From positions 2,240,001 to 2,304,000 of the forward strand of contig OY729426.1 of NCBI GenBank assembly GCA_963422365.1: a stretch of 64,000 bases of DNA, given 5' to 3'. Shown piece after piece: positions 1 through 9,898 of this stretch. This stretch comes from Nitrospirales bacterium. Lineage in GTDB: Bacteria > Nitrospirota > Nitrospiria > Nitrospirales > UBA8639. Position 1 is the stretch's first letter. Each line of letters starts with the position of its first letter. A program made the position numbers and the translations under genes. The notes under the pieces were generated by a model, which saw nothing but the letters and a program-made list of their open reading frames with translations, was not told the DNA's origin and searched no databases.

Positions 1-2154
1 GCCCGACAAGTGAATGTAATAAAGGCCAAGCGACCAACATTTGCAGGGATTTTGATACAATCCAACGACATCCCATTCAGGGGTCTGTCCCGTGACAAAA
101 TTATGATAGGCCTTTGTCCCAACTGTCCACCCTAATGGTAGACGGACAGCACTACCTACTGTAAAGAAATTAATTTCTGGTTGAGCGGACAATACTTCGT
201 TAAAGGACAACGGATTCCAGATGTCTCCACGGCGGGGGATCGTTCCTGATCGTGCATAGCGGTGTCCCAATTGCACATAAGCCTGTTGATGCGCCTGCAC
301 CGTGACATTTGAATTAAACTGTGTAAATTCCTGGTCACTCGGATTATAGAACGTATCAACACTCAGGCTGAGTCGATTCAAAAACTCCGGCAATTGCGTC
401 ACAGGAAGTTCGAGCGTTGCCTTTCCCCACAAATCAGAAAAAGTATTCGCTTGGCCAGAGATGTCACCAAGATGGTAACTTTGAGCAATCACAAAATCCA
501 GTAACGTCATAGACCGTTTGCCGCTCCATTCATCTCGTAAGCGGGTTCTCAGGGAATAAGTCAGCAAGTGTTTTTTCAATAAATTATCAGTGGCATCGAT
601 CTGCGGAAGATCGGATTGTGTGGAAGCCGGTACGTATTCGTAGAACAAGCGAGGTTCAATCGTATGACGCAGTCGATGCCTATTTCCTACTCGAAATCCA
701 CGTGACACATTCGAGACCGCCTCCAAGCCAAGCCAAAACGTCCCCCGATCACGAGCATCATCGTGAGCGGTCGACCGTCCCCGAGAGTAGAGAACCTCTC
801 TGATTTTGAACTGCGGACGAAGACCGATCATATGCCCGAGATGCAACCCCTGAACGGCAAGAGTCGGCATGATATCGAAACGGCTGACATGGAACCCTTG
901 CTCACGAACAAAGTGCACAAATGTCGAATCCATTCCAATATCGAGATTGACCATTTCTCCTCCCACGGTCAATCGACGCCCATACCGATGCCCAATTTCG
1001 GGTAACCGTTGAAACGTCTCTCGTCCCCCCGAGTTTAATGGTTGTAAATATTGGGCCTTGAGATAGGCGATCCCACCCGGCAATCGATGCATCACATTCA
1101 GCACGGATTCCTGGCTCGGCAGCGCCCGAAAAATTCCAGACGCACTCAGATCCCGTAAGAGTGTCCGATCGGTCGCATAGTTAATGTTGGCTTGAATCAG
1201 AAGATCGTCATTCACTCGCTGAACATGGGCACCCGTAATTTGTGCACGAGATTGATCCTCTTCAGTATCATTAAACGCATTAATTAACCATTGTCCCCTC
1301 GAACGGCGATTCAGAATATAACGATATGACACATCTCCACCTTGTCCTCGTTTGGAGAGAATTTGTGGCGCGACGGTCAGGTCTTGACTCGGGGAAATGG
1401 CCCAATAGAACCCTTGGCGATATTGGAAACCTAGAATATTGTCGAACCCGACCGTAGGAATCAAAAATCCGGTTTTTCTGGCGCCCGGCATCGGATAGCG
1501 CAACACAGGAATCGGGACAATCGGGTGATTGCGAACATTCAGCCATACATTTTTGGCAAACACGCTATCGCCTTGTTCCACGTCCACATCGTGAAACGAA
1601 AAACTCCAATCGGGAATTTGCCCATCATCCGCTTCGCAATTCGTAAACATGCCATCCTTCGCACGATAATGCGTTTCAGAAAACCGTTGAAGGAGACGAC
1701 CTTGGAGCCACGTCTTGGTTTCTTTCAGAAAAACTTTCCCATTGACGATAAGAGCGAACTCCGTATTCACATTGATGGTCAGCTCTTCCGCCCACACATC
1801 AGTCACGTGATCCTTGAGATGAACATGGCCCGTAGCCGTTAAGCGGCCGGAAAGTTTATGAAGGATGGCTTGGTCGGCGGTCAACCGGACGTCACCCTGA
1901 GTCACCACCACTGAACCAAAGGCTTTGAATTCCTCTGTGACTTGATCGAACTCGGTTCGTTCAGCCGTGATGTTGAGAGGGGAAGAACTTTCTGATCCTG
2001 ATGACTTCGCCACGGGAAAAATGGGCTGCGCATGGACAACACTCGCCAAAGCGAGAACGGCCTGACTGACAACCAAGAGACCAACCACCAGTCTATTGAC
2101 CAACCAGCCGTAACGGGAATGACGGCCCAATCGGTTATCCCTGGACGGGCTCAT
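1..2154 (-). CDS. lptD: LPS-assembly protein LptD (3' end truncated by window edge)
   Basis: Translated by hand because the frame has no stop inside the window. ATG 2154 overlaps the folC end. Signal-like N-terminus and OstA-like domain (LNITAERTEFDQ..., FTNCEADDGQIPDW), RKTGFLIPTVG, QGFYWAISPSQDLT, and near-C-terminal YQNPCKCWSLG, all in one frame at the stretches checked. Confidence 0.9.
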   Translation of the reverse strand, partial: MSPSRDNRLGRHSRYGWLVNRLVVGLLVVSQAVLALASVVHAQPIFPVAKSSGSESSSPLNITAERTEFDQVTEEFKAFGSVVVTQGDVRLTADQAILHKLSGRLTATGHVHLKDHVTDVWAEELTINVNTEFALIVNGKVFLKETKTWLQGRLLQRFSETHYRAKDGMFTNCEADDGQIPDWSFSFHDVDVEQGDSVFAKNVWLNVRNHPIVPIPVLRYPMPGARKTGFLIPTVGFDNILGFQYRQGFYWAISPSQDLTVAPQILSKRGQGGDVSYRYILNRRSRGQWLINAFNDTEEDQSRAQITGAHVQRVNDDLLIQANINYATDRTLLRDLSASGIFRALPSQESVLNVMHRLPGGIAYLKAQYLQPLNSGGRETFQRLPEIGHRYGRRLTVGGEMVNLDIGMDSTFVHFVREQGFHVSRFDIMPTLAVQGLHLGHMIGLRPQFKIREVLYSRGRSTAHDDARDRGTFWLGLEAVSNVSRGFRVGNRHRLRHTIEPRLFYEYVPASTQSDLPQIDATDNLLKKHLLTYSLRTRLRDEWSGKRSMTLLDFVIAQSYHLGDISGQANTFSDLWGKATLELPVTQLPEFLNRLSLSVDTFYNPSDQEFTQFNSNVTVQAHQQAYVQLGHRYARSGTIPRRGDIWNPLSFNEVLSAQPEINFFTVGSAVRLPLGWTVGTKAYHNFVTGQTPEWDVVGLYQNPCKCWSLGLYYIHLSG

Positions 2155-3436
2155 AGGCATTTCCTGTCATAAGGCTTTTCACAGACCCCACAAGAAACAA
2201 TGATCCTGTAATACAGATAAGATCGTTTTCACTCGCCAAACACATTGCCAAGTCAATTGCCGTTCGAGGCGAGTCGCGCTCATACAAGGGGGCATCAATG
2301 ACTGGCAGCGCCTCTTTTAAGGCCTGCACAGTGGCTGACCGAGGATAATTGATTTGCGTCAAAATTACCATATCGGCTAGCGGGGTCAACGTGTTCAAAT
2401 ATACAGTCAAGTTTTTGTCCTGCATCATCCCGACCACCAAAATAAGACGGCGACCTCGTTGTTCAGACATTTGCCGTTGCACATAGATCTTGAGGCATTC
2501 TGCCGCGGCTGGATTATGAGCTCCATCGCACAGGATCAAAGGATGACGCCGCAGTCGTTCAAGTCGACCCGGCCAAGAGACTTGCTCTAGGCCTTCTCGA
2601 ATGGCCCACTCAGGAATCGGCATGTGGGGCATCACACTGGATTCAAGGACAGCTAAGGCACAGGCAACATTGACCGATTGGTGTTGTCCTTCCAGAGCAC
2701 AGCGAAGATTCAGGTACTCTCGACCCATCCCGACAAAATCGAATTCTCCAGACGCATGAAAAACACTCACAAACTCGCGGCCAAATTTCAACAGTGGAAC
2801 CTGTTTGTGTCGTGCTTGCTCCTGCAAGACCCAGTCTATTGATTGTTCGACCGGTCCTATCACCATCGGAACATGACGCTTCATAATCCCCGCTTTCTCA
2901 ACCGCAATAGCCTGAAGGGAAAACCCCAGATATCTCTCATGATCGAATGAAATATTGGTCATGACCGTACCGATCGAATGGCAAACATTCGTCGCATCGA
3001 ATCTCCCGCCCATCCCAACTTCCACCACGGCGATTTCCACCTGTTCTTCAGCAAAATACTGAAAGGCCATGGCGGTGGCCACTTCAAAAAATGTCGGCGG
3101 CACAGCAAACGAAGGCAGCAATTGGATTCGGGTGAACAGTTCAACTACTCGATCTTCGGGAATGACCGCCCCTTGCACTTGGATTCGTTCACGAAAATCA
3201 AGAAGATGCGGAGAGGTATACAAACCAACGCGGACTCCAGCAGCCCGAAGAATCGAAGCTGTTATGGCGGCAACGGACCCCTTGCCATTGGTTCCAGCAA
3301 TGTGAAGAACTGGAAAACGCCGCTGGGGATCTCCCAGTTCTGACAATACCAAGGAAACCGTTTCAAGCCCCAGCTTGATTCCAAACCGTTGCAACTCGTA
3401 TAGGCGTTTTCGTGTAGTTTCGTAGGAATACTTCAT
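2135..3436 (-). CDS. folC: bifunctional folylpolyglutamate synthase/dihydrofolate synthase
   Basis: HIAGTNGKGS, YTSPHL, EVGMGGRFDATN, WPGRLE, DGAHN, GSLFLVG; follows accD. Confidence 0.96.
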   Translation of the reverse strand: MKYSYETTRKRLYELQRFGIKLGLETVSLVLSELGDPQRRFPVLHIAGTNGKGSVAAITASILRAAGVRVGLYTSPHLLDFRERIQVQGAVIPEDRVVELFTRIQLLPSFAVPPTFFEVATAMAFQYFAEEQVEIAVVEVGMGGRFDATNVCHSIGTVMTNISFDHERYLGFSLQAIAVEKAGIMKRHVPMVIGPVEQSIDWVLQEQARHKQVPLLKFGREFVSVFHASGEFDFVGMGREYLNLRCALEGQHQSVNVACALAVLESSVMPHMPIPEWAIREGLEQVSWPGRLERLRRHPLILCDGAHNPAAAECLKIYVQRQMSEQRGRRLILVVGMMQDKNLTVYLNTLTPLADMVILTQINYPRSATVQALKEALPVIDAPLYERDSPRTAIDLAMCLASENDLICITGSLFLVGSVKSLMTGNAYEPVQG

Positions 3437-3682
3437 CAACAATCCCAAGGGGGGAGTGTATCAACATCGAAGCCCGGTAACTACCCAAAAAAATTGCAGA
3501 ACTCTCCTTCTCTGATGCCAGAATTCGATTGTCCGCATGAGAAAGGCCCAGCAAACGAGGGGGACATGACGGTATGTCGAGCCTCAAGCACCGCTCCTTG
3601 GCCGTTGTTCTCTTCTCGCAGCCCCTTTGCAAAACTCAGGGCTGGCGCAGGGTAGGCAGGACAGGGTTGCTTCAACATCCCG

Positions 3683-4528
3683 TTAAGCACTGGCACTCAG
3701 ATGCCGTAAAACAGTGTGGATCGTATCTCGAAGATCGGGTCGACTCACAATGGCATCAATCATACCATGTTCAAGTAAAAACTCTGCGCGTTGAAACCCG
3801 TCAGGCAAGCGCTGCTTGATGGTTTGTTCAATGACTCGTGGTCCTGCAAACCCGATCAGGGCTTTGGGTTCAGCTAGGATGATGTCCCCTAACATCGCTA
3901 CGCTCGCGGTGACTCCTCCGAAAGTTGGGTCTGTCAGGAGAGAAATGAACGGCACTCCGGCTTCATGAAGCTGCGCCAGTGCCGCCGAAGTCCTCGCCAT
4001 TTGCATGAGAGAAAGTATGCCTTCTTGCATTCTCGCTCCCCCTGACGTCGTCACGAGCAAAAACGGCCTGTTTCCCCCGGCAGCCCGATCAGCAGCACGA
4101 CAAATCTTTTCTCCAACCACAGACCCCATACTGCCCCCCATAAATGCAAAATCAAAAATCCCCACAATCACCCGACGATCATGAAGCCTCCCTTCGCCCG
4201 TGACGATGGCATCGTGTCTCCCCGTTTTCTTCTGATGGATCTCAAGGCGTCCAGGGTAGGGTTGGGTATCGACAAAAGTCAGAGGATCGCCAGGTGCGAA
4301 TTCGGTATCCCACTCTTGAAAGCTGTCTGGGTCGAGTAAGACTTCAATTCGCTCTGGGACCGATAAGGGAAAATGGTATCCACATTTGGGACAGAGTTTA
4401 AGATTTCGATTGACCTCTTTTCGATAGACAGCAGCACGGCAAAAGGCACATTTGACCCACATGCCCTCAACGATGTTCAGCTTACCCTTTTCCTGGTTTT
4501 TCGACGAGCTCTTTTTAAACCAACCCAT
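3683..4528 (-). CDS. accD: acetyl-CoA carboxylase carboxyltransferase beta subunit
   Basis: Zn ribbon CAFC...CPKC, FMGGSMGSVVGEK, SGGARMQEG, GFAGPRVIEQT. Start moved to MGWFKK (SD AAGGG). Confidence 0.96.
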   Translation of the reverse strand: MGWFKKSSSKNQEKGKLNIVEGMWVKCAFCRAAVYRKEVNRNLKLCPKCGYHFPLSVPERIEVLLDPDSFQEWDTEFAPGDPLTFVDTQPYPGRLEIHQKKTGRHDAIVTGEGRLHDRRVIVGIFDFAFMGGSMGSVVGEKICRAADRAAGGNRPFLLVTTSGGARMQEGILSLMQMARTSAALAQLHEAGVPFISLLTDPTFGGVTASVAMLGDIILAEPKALIGFAGPRVIEQTIKQRLPDGFQRAEFLLEHGMIDAIVSRPDLRDTIHTVLRHLSASA

Positions 4529-4581
4529 CGAGATGTTTCCCTTAGAAAAGGAACCGAGAAAAACGCGAGCAGCAGGGGCCA

Positions 4582-5640
4582 TCAGCCACCGCGCGCATGC
4601 ATTTCCAAATGTGGATCCTGACGAAGCTCTTCGATCTGAATAAATTGGCCACGCCTACTTGAAGACTCGAGAGCTTTGCGTTCTTCAGCGCCATGGTCCA
4701 TTCGACTTTGCCAACCTGAACGAATACGTGCTCGCACGGTTGCTCCATCTTTCATCCGAAGGGGTTCTCTCAAGTCTAAGCCGTGTTTGGCATAAAGACA
4801 TAGATACCACACTCCGTCGGCCGTCAAACGGCTCCGATCACACGTGGCACAAAATGGCGTTGTCGTAGAGGGAATAATGCCAAAAGTGGTCTCATCGGCT
4901 AACCGAAACCGTTGCGCTGGGGCTGAACTATTTTCTCGAATTGGCTCAATTGGGCCATAGACCTGCTGTAGTCGCTGCAGGATTTCAGCCTGAGAAACGA
5001 CTTTTTCCATGCCCCACTCATTCGCGCCACCCACATCCATATACTCAATAAATCGGACCTCTCCTTTCACGCTTTTTCCATATTCAATTAATTCGACGAG
5101 TTCATCATCATTGAATCCTTTTATCACAACGGTGTCGATTTTGAGCCCCGTCAATCCGACTGTATTGACATGTGCAATTCCCCTTAACACTCGATCAAAC
5201 GTGTCACGTTTGGTCAGGGTCTTAAATCGATCCGGCTTTAAGGTATCAAGGCTCACCGTAATGCGATGCAAGCCGGCGTCATAGAGCGATTCAGCGTGCT
5301 CATCCAACAAGATTCCATTGGTGGTCAAGGCAATATCATGAATGGAAGCCTGTTGCCTCAACAGGTGAATCAGCGTGGGGAGGTCGCGACGAAGCAGAGG
5401 TTCTCCCCCAGTTAATCGAATTTTATCAACGCCAAATTCCGTAAAAATTCCTGCCAGCGTATTGATTTCTTCAAAACTCAGAAGGGTTTCACGGGGGAGC
5501 CAAGTATAGTCATCTTCCGGCATGCAATAGCTGCAACGCAGATTACATCGATCCGTGACCGACACGCGTAAACTTCGCAAGGGGCGACCAAACGTATCAA
5601 GAAGCTCAGAACTGACCGTTGGCGTGGGCACGGCATTCAT
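4582..5640 (-). CDS. moaA: GTP 3',8-cyclase (radical SAM)
   Basis: SVTDRCNLRCSYCMP, LTGGEP, C-terminal CxxC...C cluster, terminal GG. ATGA overlap with moaE. Confidence 0.96.
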   Translation of the reverse strand: MNAVPTPTVSSELLDTFGRPLRSLRVSVTDRCNLRCSYCMPEDDYTWLPRETLLSFEEINTLAGIFTEFGVDKIRLTGGEPLLRRDLPTLIHLLRQQASIHDIALTTNGILLDEHAESLYDAGLHRITVSLDTLKPDRFKTLTKRDTFDRVLRGIAHVNTVGLTGLKIDTVVIKGFNDDELVELIEYGKSVKGEVRFIEYMDVGGANEWGMEKVVSQAEILQRLQQVYGPIEPIRENSSAPAQRFRLADETTFGIIPSTTTPFCATCDRSRLTADGVWYLCLYAKHGLDLREPLRMKDGATVRARIRSGWQSRMDHGAEERKALESSSRRGQFIQIEELRQDPHLEMHARGG

Positions 5641-6080
5641 GGATGTTGCTCGATCCACACGTCCCCGTCTGGCGTGTGCTCACATTTCCAGATTGGAGTG
5701 ATTTGCTTTAATTCATCGATACACCATTTGCAGGCCTTGAACGCATCCACTCGATGCATGGCGCCCACCACAATCAACACAATATTTTCTCCAATGTCGA
5801 TTTCTCCATACCGATGCAGAAGAAGCACTTCGATGACGTCAAAATCGTGCAGCGTGCGATCACGAATCTCTCGAAGTTTCTTTTGGGCCATCCCTTCGTA
5901 GTATTCAAACGTCATGCGACTGACATCCCGATCATCCGACCGATCTCGCGCCGTTCCGAGAAAGGTCGCAATTCCACCAATTCGCGTGGATCGATTCCGC
6001 ACGCGGTTGATTTCTTCATCAATCGAAAAATTTTCACGTTGGACTCGGACCAACATGGCTTCTGTATCAACGGTAGACAT
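5637..6080 (-). CDS. moaE: molybdopterin synthase catalytic subunit
   Basis: GGIATFLGTAR, YEGMA, HRYG, HRVDAF, ELKQITPIWKCE; own SD (AAGGGGG). Confidence 0.94.
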   Translation of the reverse strand: MSTVDTEAMLVRVQRENFSIDEEINRVRNRSTRIGGIATFLGTARDRSDDRDVSRMTFEYYEGMAQKKLREIRDRTLHDFDVIEVLLLHRYGEIDIGENIVLIVVGAMHRVDAFKACKWCIDELKQITPIWKCEHTPDGDVWIEQHP

Positions 6081-6360
6081 AGAAACGCGTCCCCCTTGGC
6101 GTAGACGATCCACCGGAAAACGGCGGAAGCAACGCGATTTCATCAGAGCTTGCAAGTTCGGTCTCGCCATGAGCAATGTTGTGATTCACCGACACAAGAA
6201 CTTTCCGTTTGAGCAACAAATCCCCCACATCGGGATTCATTGACTGGATCGCCACGATCAAATCATTGACGTGGCAGCCCTGATCTAACCTCACCTTCAG
6301 TTCAGGTTCATTGTGAAGCTGAGTTTTCAACAGGCCAAACAATTTTACCGTGACGGTCAT
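6067..6360 (-). CDS. moaD: molybdopterin synthase sulfur carrier (MoaD/ThiS fold) with a 13-aa tail after the GG motif
   Basis: VKLFG..., VSVN, DEIALLPPFSGG then SSTPRGTRFYVYR; lies between moaC and moaE. Confidence 0.9.
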   Translation of the reverse strand: MTVTVKLFGLLKTQLHNEPELKVRLDQGCHVNDLIVAIQSMNPDVGDLLLKRKVLVSVNHNIAHGETELASSDEIALLPPFSGGSSTPRGTRFYVYR

Positions 6361-6887
6361 GATTGGGGTCCATTCGCTGGCGTCAACACCTCGACGTCGG
6401 CTCGTTGATAGATCCCGGAATTCCCTCCGGATTTTGAGACCAAACACATTTCGCCGACACTCATGCCTTTATCGACGGCTTTGCACATGTCATAAATCGT
6501 TAATGCAGCAATCGACACTGCGGTCATTGCTTCCATTTCGACCCCAGTTTGACCGTTGGTTTTGACGGAGGCCTGAATCGTTAATGAACATTGCCCTTTC
6601 TCATTGGGCCTGGTATTTTCCTGAAAGTCAATATTCACACTCGTAATCATCAGTGGATGACACATAGGGACCAAATCCGGTGTCCGCTTGGCACCCATGA
6701 CACCAGCCACCTGAGCCACGGCCACGACGTCGCCTTTAGCAATTTTCCCTTCCTGAATACGGCGGAGGGTTTCCGGAAGCATAAACACCTGTCCCTGAGC
6801 CACCGCAATTCGTTCAGTCGAACCTTTGGCTGAAACATCAACCATCCTCGCATGTCCAGATTCATTGAAATGCGTAAAATCAGCCAC
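6357..6887 (-). CDS. moaC: cyclic pyranopterin monophosphate synthase
   Basis: FTHFNESGHARMVDVS, KGDV, LVPMCHP, TGVEMEA, IYDMCKAVD, KSGG. Confidence 0.97.
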   Translation of the reverse strand: MADFTHFNESGHARMVDVSAKGSTERIAVAQGQVFMLPETLRRIQEGKIAKGDVVAVAQVAGVMGAKRTPDLVPMCHPLMITSVNIDFQENTRPNEKGQCSLTIQASVKTNGQTGVEMEAMTAVSIAALTIYDMCKAVDKGMSVGEMCLVSKSGGNSGIYQRADVEVLTPANGPQS

Positions 6888-7016
6888 TTGCTTTAATCTT
6901 CCTTCTTCAACAGTTCCACGCTATTATAGGAGCCCTCCGAAAAGCGGGTCAAGCAACAGCAGCCGGTTTCCTAGCCCAGCGTTCTCATCCCTGGTCGTAG
7001 CAAGACGGGTTCAGGC

Positions 7017-7045
7017 TTGACACGTATTTCCCCCTTCCCGACAAT
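7017..7045 (+). promoter_or_regulatory. putative sigma70 promoter (TTGACA-N17-GACAAT), probably giving a leaderless folB transcript
   Basis: TTGACA 7017-7022, 17-nt spacer, GACAAT 7040-7045, ATG at 7052. Confidence 0.55.
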
Positions 7046-7051
7046 GCTTGC

Positions 7052-7996
7052 ATGCATGAAGCAATCATCATTGAAGGAATACGTTTTCAGGCAAGGTGTG
7101 GAGTCACGCTGGAAGAACGACAACGCCCTCAACCGCTGTTGGTGGATCTTGAAGTCGCCTGCTCAGCCGAAGATGCCATTCATTCCGATCACCTCGCCAA
7201 AACCGTGGATTATGCCCAAGTCATCCAACGGGTGGTTGATGTAGGGACAGCCAATGAAACCCTATTGATTGAACGATTGGCGAATCAGATTTCTCAAGTT
7301 CTCATGGTGGAATTTCCTATTCGGCGATTAACAATCTGGCTTCGAAAGGCCTCACCACCGCTCCCGGATGTGACAGGTTCAGTTGGCATACGCCTGACGT
7401 ACCCACGCATGAGAGCGAAAAATTCACATGCCTCACACCCTTCCCCTTTTCTGAGCACCACGGCCCATATGATCCCTCAAGGTAAAGTATTGGATGTGGC
7501 CACTGGAGAAGGACGGCATGCCCTGTACATGGCCGCTCAAGACTATGAAGTGATCGGTCTTGATCGAGACACTGTCGCACTCGATACTCTTGCACGTACA
7601 GCCAATGCGCGTCGCCTTTCAAATCTTTCGACGTGGAACGTAGACCTGGAAAGACAGCCTGAGACCCCACCCTCTCTTGGCAATCAAGAATATGAAGGCA
7701 TTTTGGTGTTTTTCTATCTTTTCCGACCACTCTTTCCATCCATCCTTCAAGCCCTTAAGCCTGGCGGAGTCCTCATCTATGAAACATTTTTGATTGATCA
7801 CCACCTCCAGTTTCGTCATCCCCGAAAGAAGGAATTCTGTTTAAGACATAATGAACTGCTTCAATTAACAAACCAACTGCGAGTTTTGTGCTATCAGGAA
7901 GGACCACAACCTTCCTCTTCCCATCAAAGCCCTGCCCTTACCGCACGGCTTGTCGCTCAAAAAGCTTGCCCCGGGCTTGACCCGGGGTCACGATGA
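7052..7996 (+). CDS. folB: dihydroneopterin aldolase fused to a class I SAM-dependent (TehB-like) methyltransferase
   Basis: N-half: GVTLEERQRPQ, TVDYA, LIERLA, RKASPP (FolB). C-half: VLDVATGEGRHALYMA, LKPGGVLIYE (SAM methyltransferase). Confidence 0.85.
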   Translation: MHEAIIIEGIRFQARCGVTLEERQRPQPLLVDLEVACSAEDAIHSDHLAKTVDYAQVIQRVVDVGTANETLLIERLANQISQVLMVEFPIRRLTIWLRKASPPLPDVTGSVGIRLTYPRMRAKNSHASHPSPFLSTTAHMIPQGKVLDVATGEGRHALYMAAQDYEVIGLDRDTVALDTLARTANARRLSNLSTWNVDLERQPETPPSLGNQEYEGILVFFYLFRPLFPSILQALKPGGVLIYETFLIDHHLQFRHPRKKEFCLRHNELLQLTNQLRVLCYQEGPQPSSSHQSPALTARLVAQKACPGLDPGSR

Positions 7997-8024
7997 TTTT
8001 CTGGAGGCAATCGGGTTATCCTCA

Positions 8025-8867
8025 ATGGCACGAATCGATCTTCATCTTCATACCATCTACTCCGATGGCAGTTTGACACCGGCAGAAGTCGTTGCCTTGG
8101 CCCATCAAGTGGGAATCACAGCCATAGCGATTACGGATCACGACATCGTCGACGGCGTTCCTCACGCCTTGGAGGCTGCGACGAGACTCGGCATTGAAAT
8201 CATCCCCGGCGTCGAGTTAAGTTCACGCTTGAACGGACAGGAACTCCACATCCTCGGCTATTTTTTTGATTGGCAAGATCCAACCTTCCAAGATCATCTG
8301 GCTCAACAACGTCTTTCACGACATGCCAGGAATCCGCAGGCCATCGAACGGCTTCACAAATTAGGGCTTGACCTTTCCGAGGACGAAGTCAAGGCAAAAG
8401 CCAGCTCCGACTCCATTGGCCGTCCGCATATCGCTCAGGTGTTGGTTGACAAGGGCTACGTCCGCAATGTCCAAGAAGCATTTGATCGATATTTAGGCGA
8501 GGGAACCGTTGCCTATGTGCCTCGGACATTATCCGACACTCGTGAAGTCATCACTTGGATTCGCAACGCGAGAGGAGTCCCGGTCCTGGCTCACCCTACG
8601 TGGACACGATGTACAGGTGAACCCCTTTATCGATTGTGTGCGCATTTAAAGGAAGCAGGGCTTTTAGGGTTGGAAGTATTTTACAGCACACATAACCGGA
8701 AACAAACTTCACAGTATCTTGAATTGGCAAAACAGTTAGACCTGTTAGTCACTGGCGGAAGCGATTTTCACGGTGCGGCGAACCCGGCTATTCAGATAGG
8801 TCGAGGCAAGGGAGATTTAAAAGTCCCGAACGCTTTACTGGATCCATTACGACGGGCCGCTCAATAA
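8025..8867 (+). CDS. PHP-domain phosphoesterase (TrpH/YciV family)
   Basis: DLHLHTIYSDG, AITDHD, GVELS, HILGY, GRPHIA, VLAHP, GGSDFHG. Confidence 0.92.
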   Translation: MARIDLHLHTIYSDGSLTPAEVVALAHQVGITAIAITDHDIVDGVPHALEAATRLGIEIIPGVELSSRLNGQELHILGYFFDWQDPTFQDHLAQQRLSRHARNPQAIERLHKLGLDLSEDEVKAKASSDSIGRPHIAQVLVDKGYVRNVQEAFDRYLGEGTVAYVPRTLSDTREVITWIRNARGVPVLAHPTWTRCTGEPLYRLCAHLKEAGLLGLEVFYSTHNRKQTSQYLELAKQLDLLVTGGSDFHGAANPAIQIGRGKGDLKVPNALLDPLRRAAQ

Positions 8868-8884
8868 GCGTCTTATGTCACTTG

Positions 8885-9898
8885 CTAATTTTCTGGCGCT
8901 TCAACGATGTGATTTTCAAACCGAGTACAGCCCTCAGCCAGTAATCGGTTGGTCAGCATCTCACCAGGCCATTCAATCGGCAAGTCTGCCGTAAAGACCC
9001 AGACATCCGGCGAGGTCCAAATTGGGCCATGGTCTTCTGGTAAATCAGGGTCGAACAGGTCGGTCCAGACAGGCATATAGACCCCATTCCCACATTGAGT
9101 GTGCAAATGAACAATCGCTCGACTCCGAACCGGAGAATCGAGATCATGCCAGACCGCTGCCGTTTCATCAGCCAGCCGATGAAGTCTTACGGCATTCTGC
9201 GCATCAAACATTCCATACGCGGCATACACCGGCACCTCTAACATATTCGGCGCCAAGGCGATCTCAGGGCATTGATCCATAAGTCCCTGCAATAAGGTTT
9301 CCCGCTCCTTGTCAGGGATGGTCTCAGGGAGGGATGAATCACTCGCACCAATTAATTCAAACAGCAAAAATGCCGTCGATTCAACGGGAGGATGTAAGCG
9401 AGCGGTAATGGGCTGCCGACGCTGAGAACTGGCCATACATGACAAATGTTCGTGAAGTTTCTGAAGAGTTAAAAAATCCAGGGTCGTATCAGTGAGCAAG
9501 CGCGGTTCGACCGTCACCACCGTCCCAGGAGGGATTTGCAAACATTCTCGCAATAATTCCGCTGTTTTTTCCGGATTAAGCTTCAATCCAAGAGGCGCAG
9601 CCAAATTCGCCTGCAGAGATAACTCAATCGCGCCCAATATGGCATAGGCAGGGTCGTCATCATGATCGCCCTCAATCAAAACCGAGCACGCGGCCTCTGC
9701 TAACAGGTCAAACAGCCACTCGGCCATTTCTTCATCCAAGGCCGCGAGAACGGTGAGAACATCATGTTCTCGGTCTTGTTCAAGCAACGCCTGCAGGACT
9801 TCAATGGCGAGTTCGGAATCACCGTGATCATGACGGCGTGCATTGATCAGATGAATCAGGTCTCGGGTTAACGAGTCAGGGCGATACCAACTAGACAT
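8885..9898 (-). CDS. hypothetical acidic protein
   Basis: 337-aa ORF with protein-like composition; no recognisable motif. Confidence 0.7.
   Translation of the reverse strand: MSSWYRPDSLTRDLIHLINARRHDHGDSELAIEVLQALLEQDREHDVLTVLAALDEEMAEWLFDLLAEAACSVLIEGDHDDDPAYAILGAIELSLQANLAAPLGLKLNPEKTAELLRECLQIPPGTVVTVEPRLLTDTTLDFLTLQKLHEHLSCMASSQRRQPITARLHPPVESTAFLLFELIGASDSSLPETIPDKERETLLQGLMDQCPEIALAPNMLEVPVYAAYGMFDAQNAVRLHRLADETAAVWHDLDSPVRSRAIVHLHTQCGNGVYMPVWTDLFDPDLPEDHGPIWTSPDVWVFTADLPIEWPGEMLTNRLLAEGCTRFENHIVEAPEN

Noticed and set aside
156..2084. Several short ORFs suggesting a non-coding or degraded region
   Set aside because: They are shadows of lptD, whose frame runs off the window edge.
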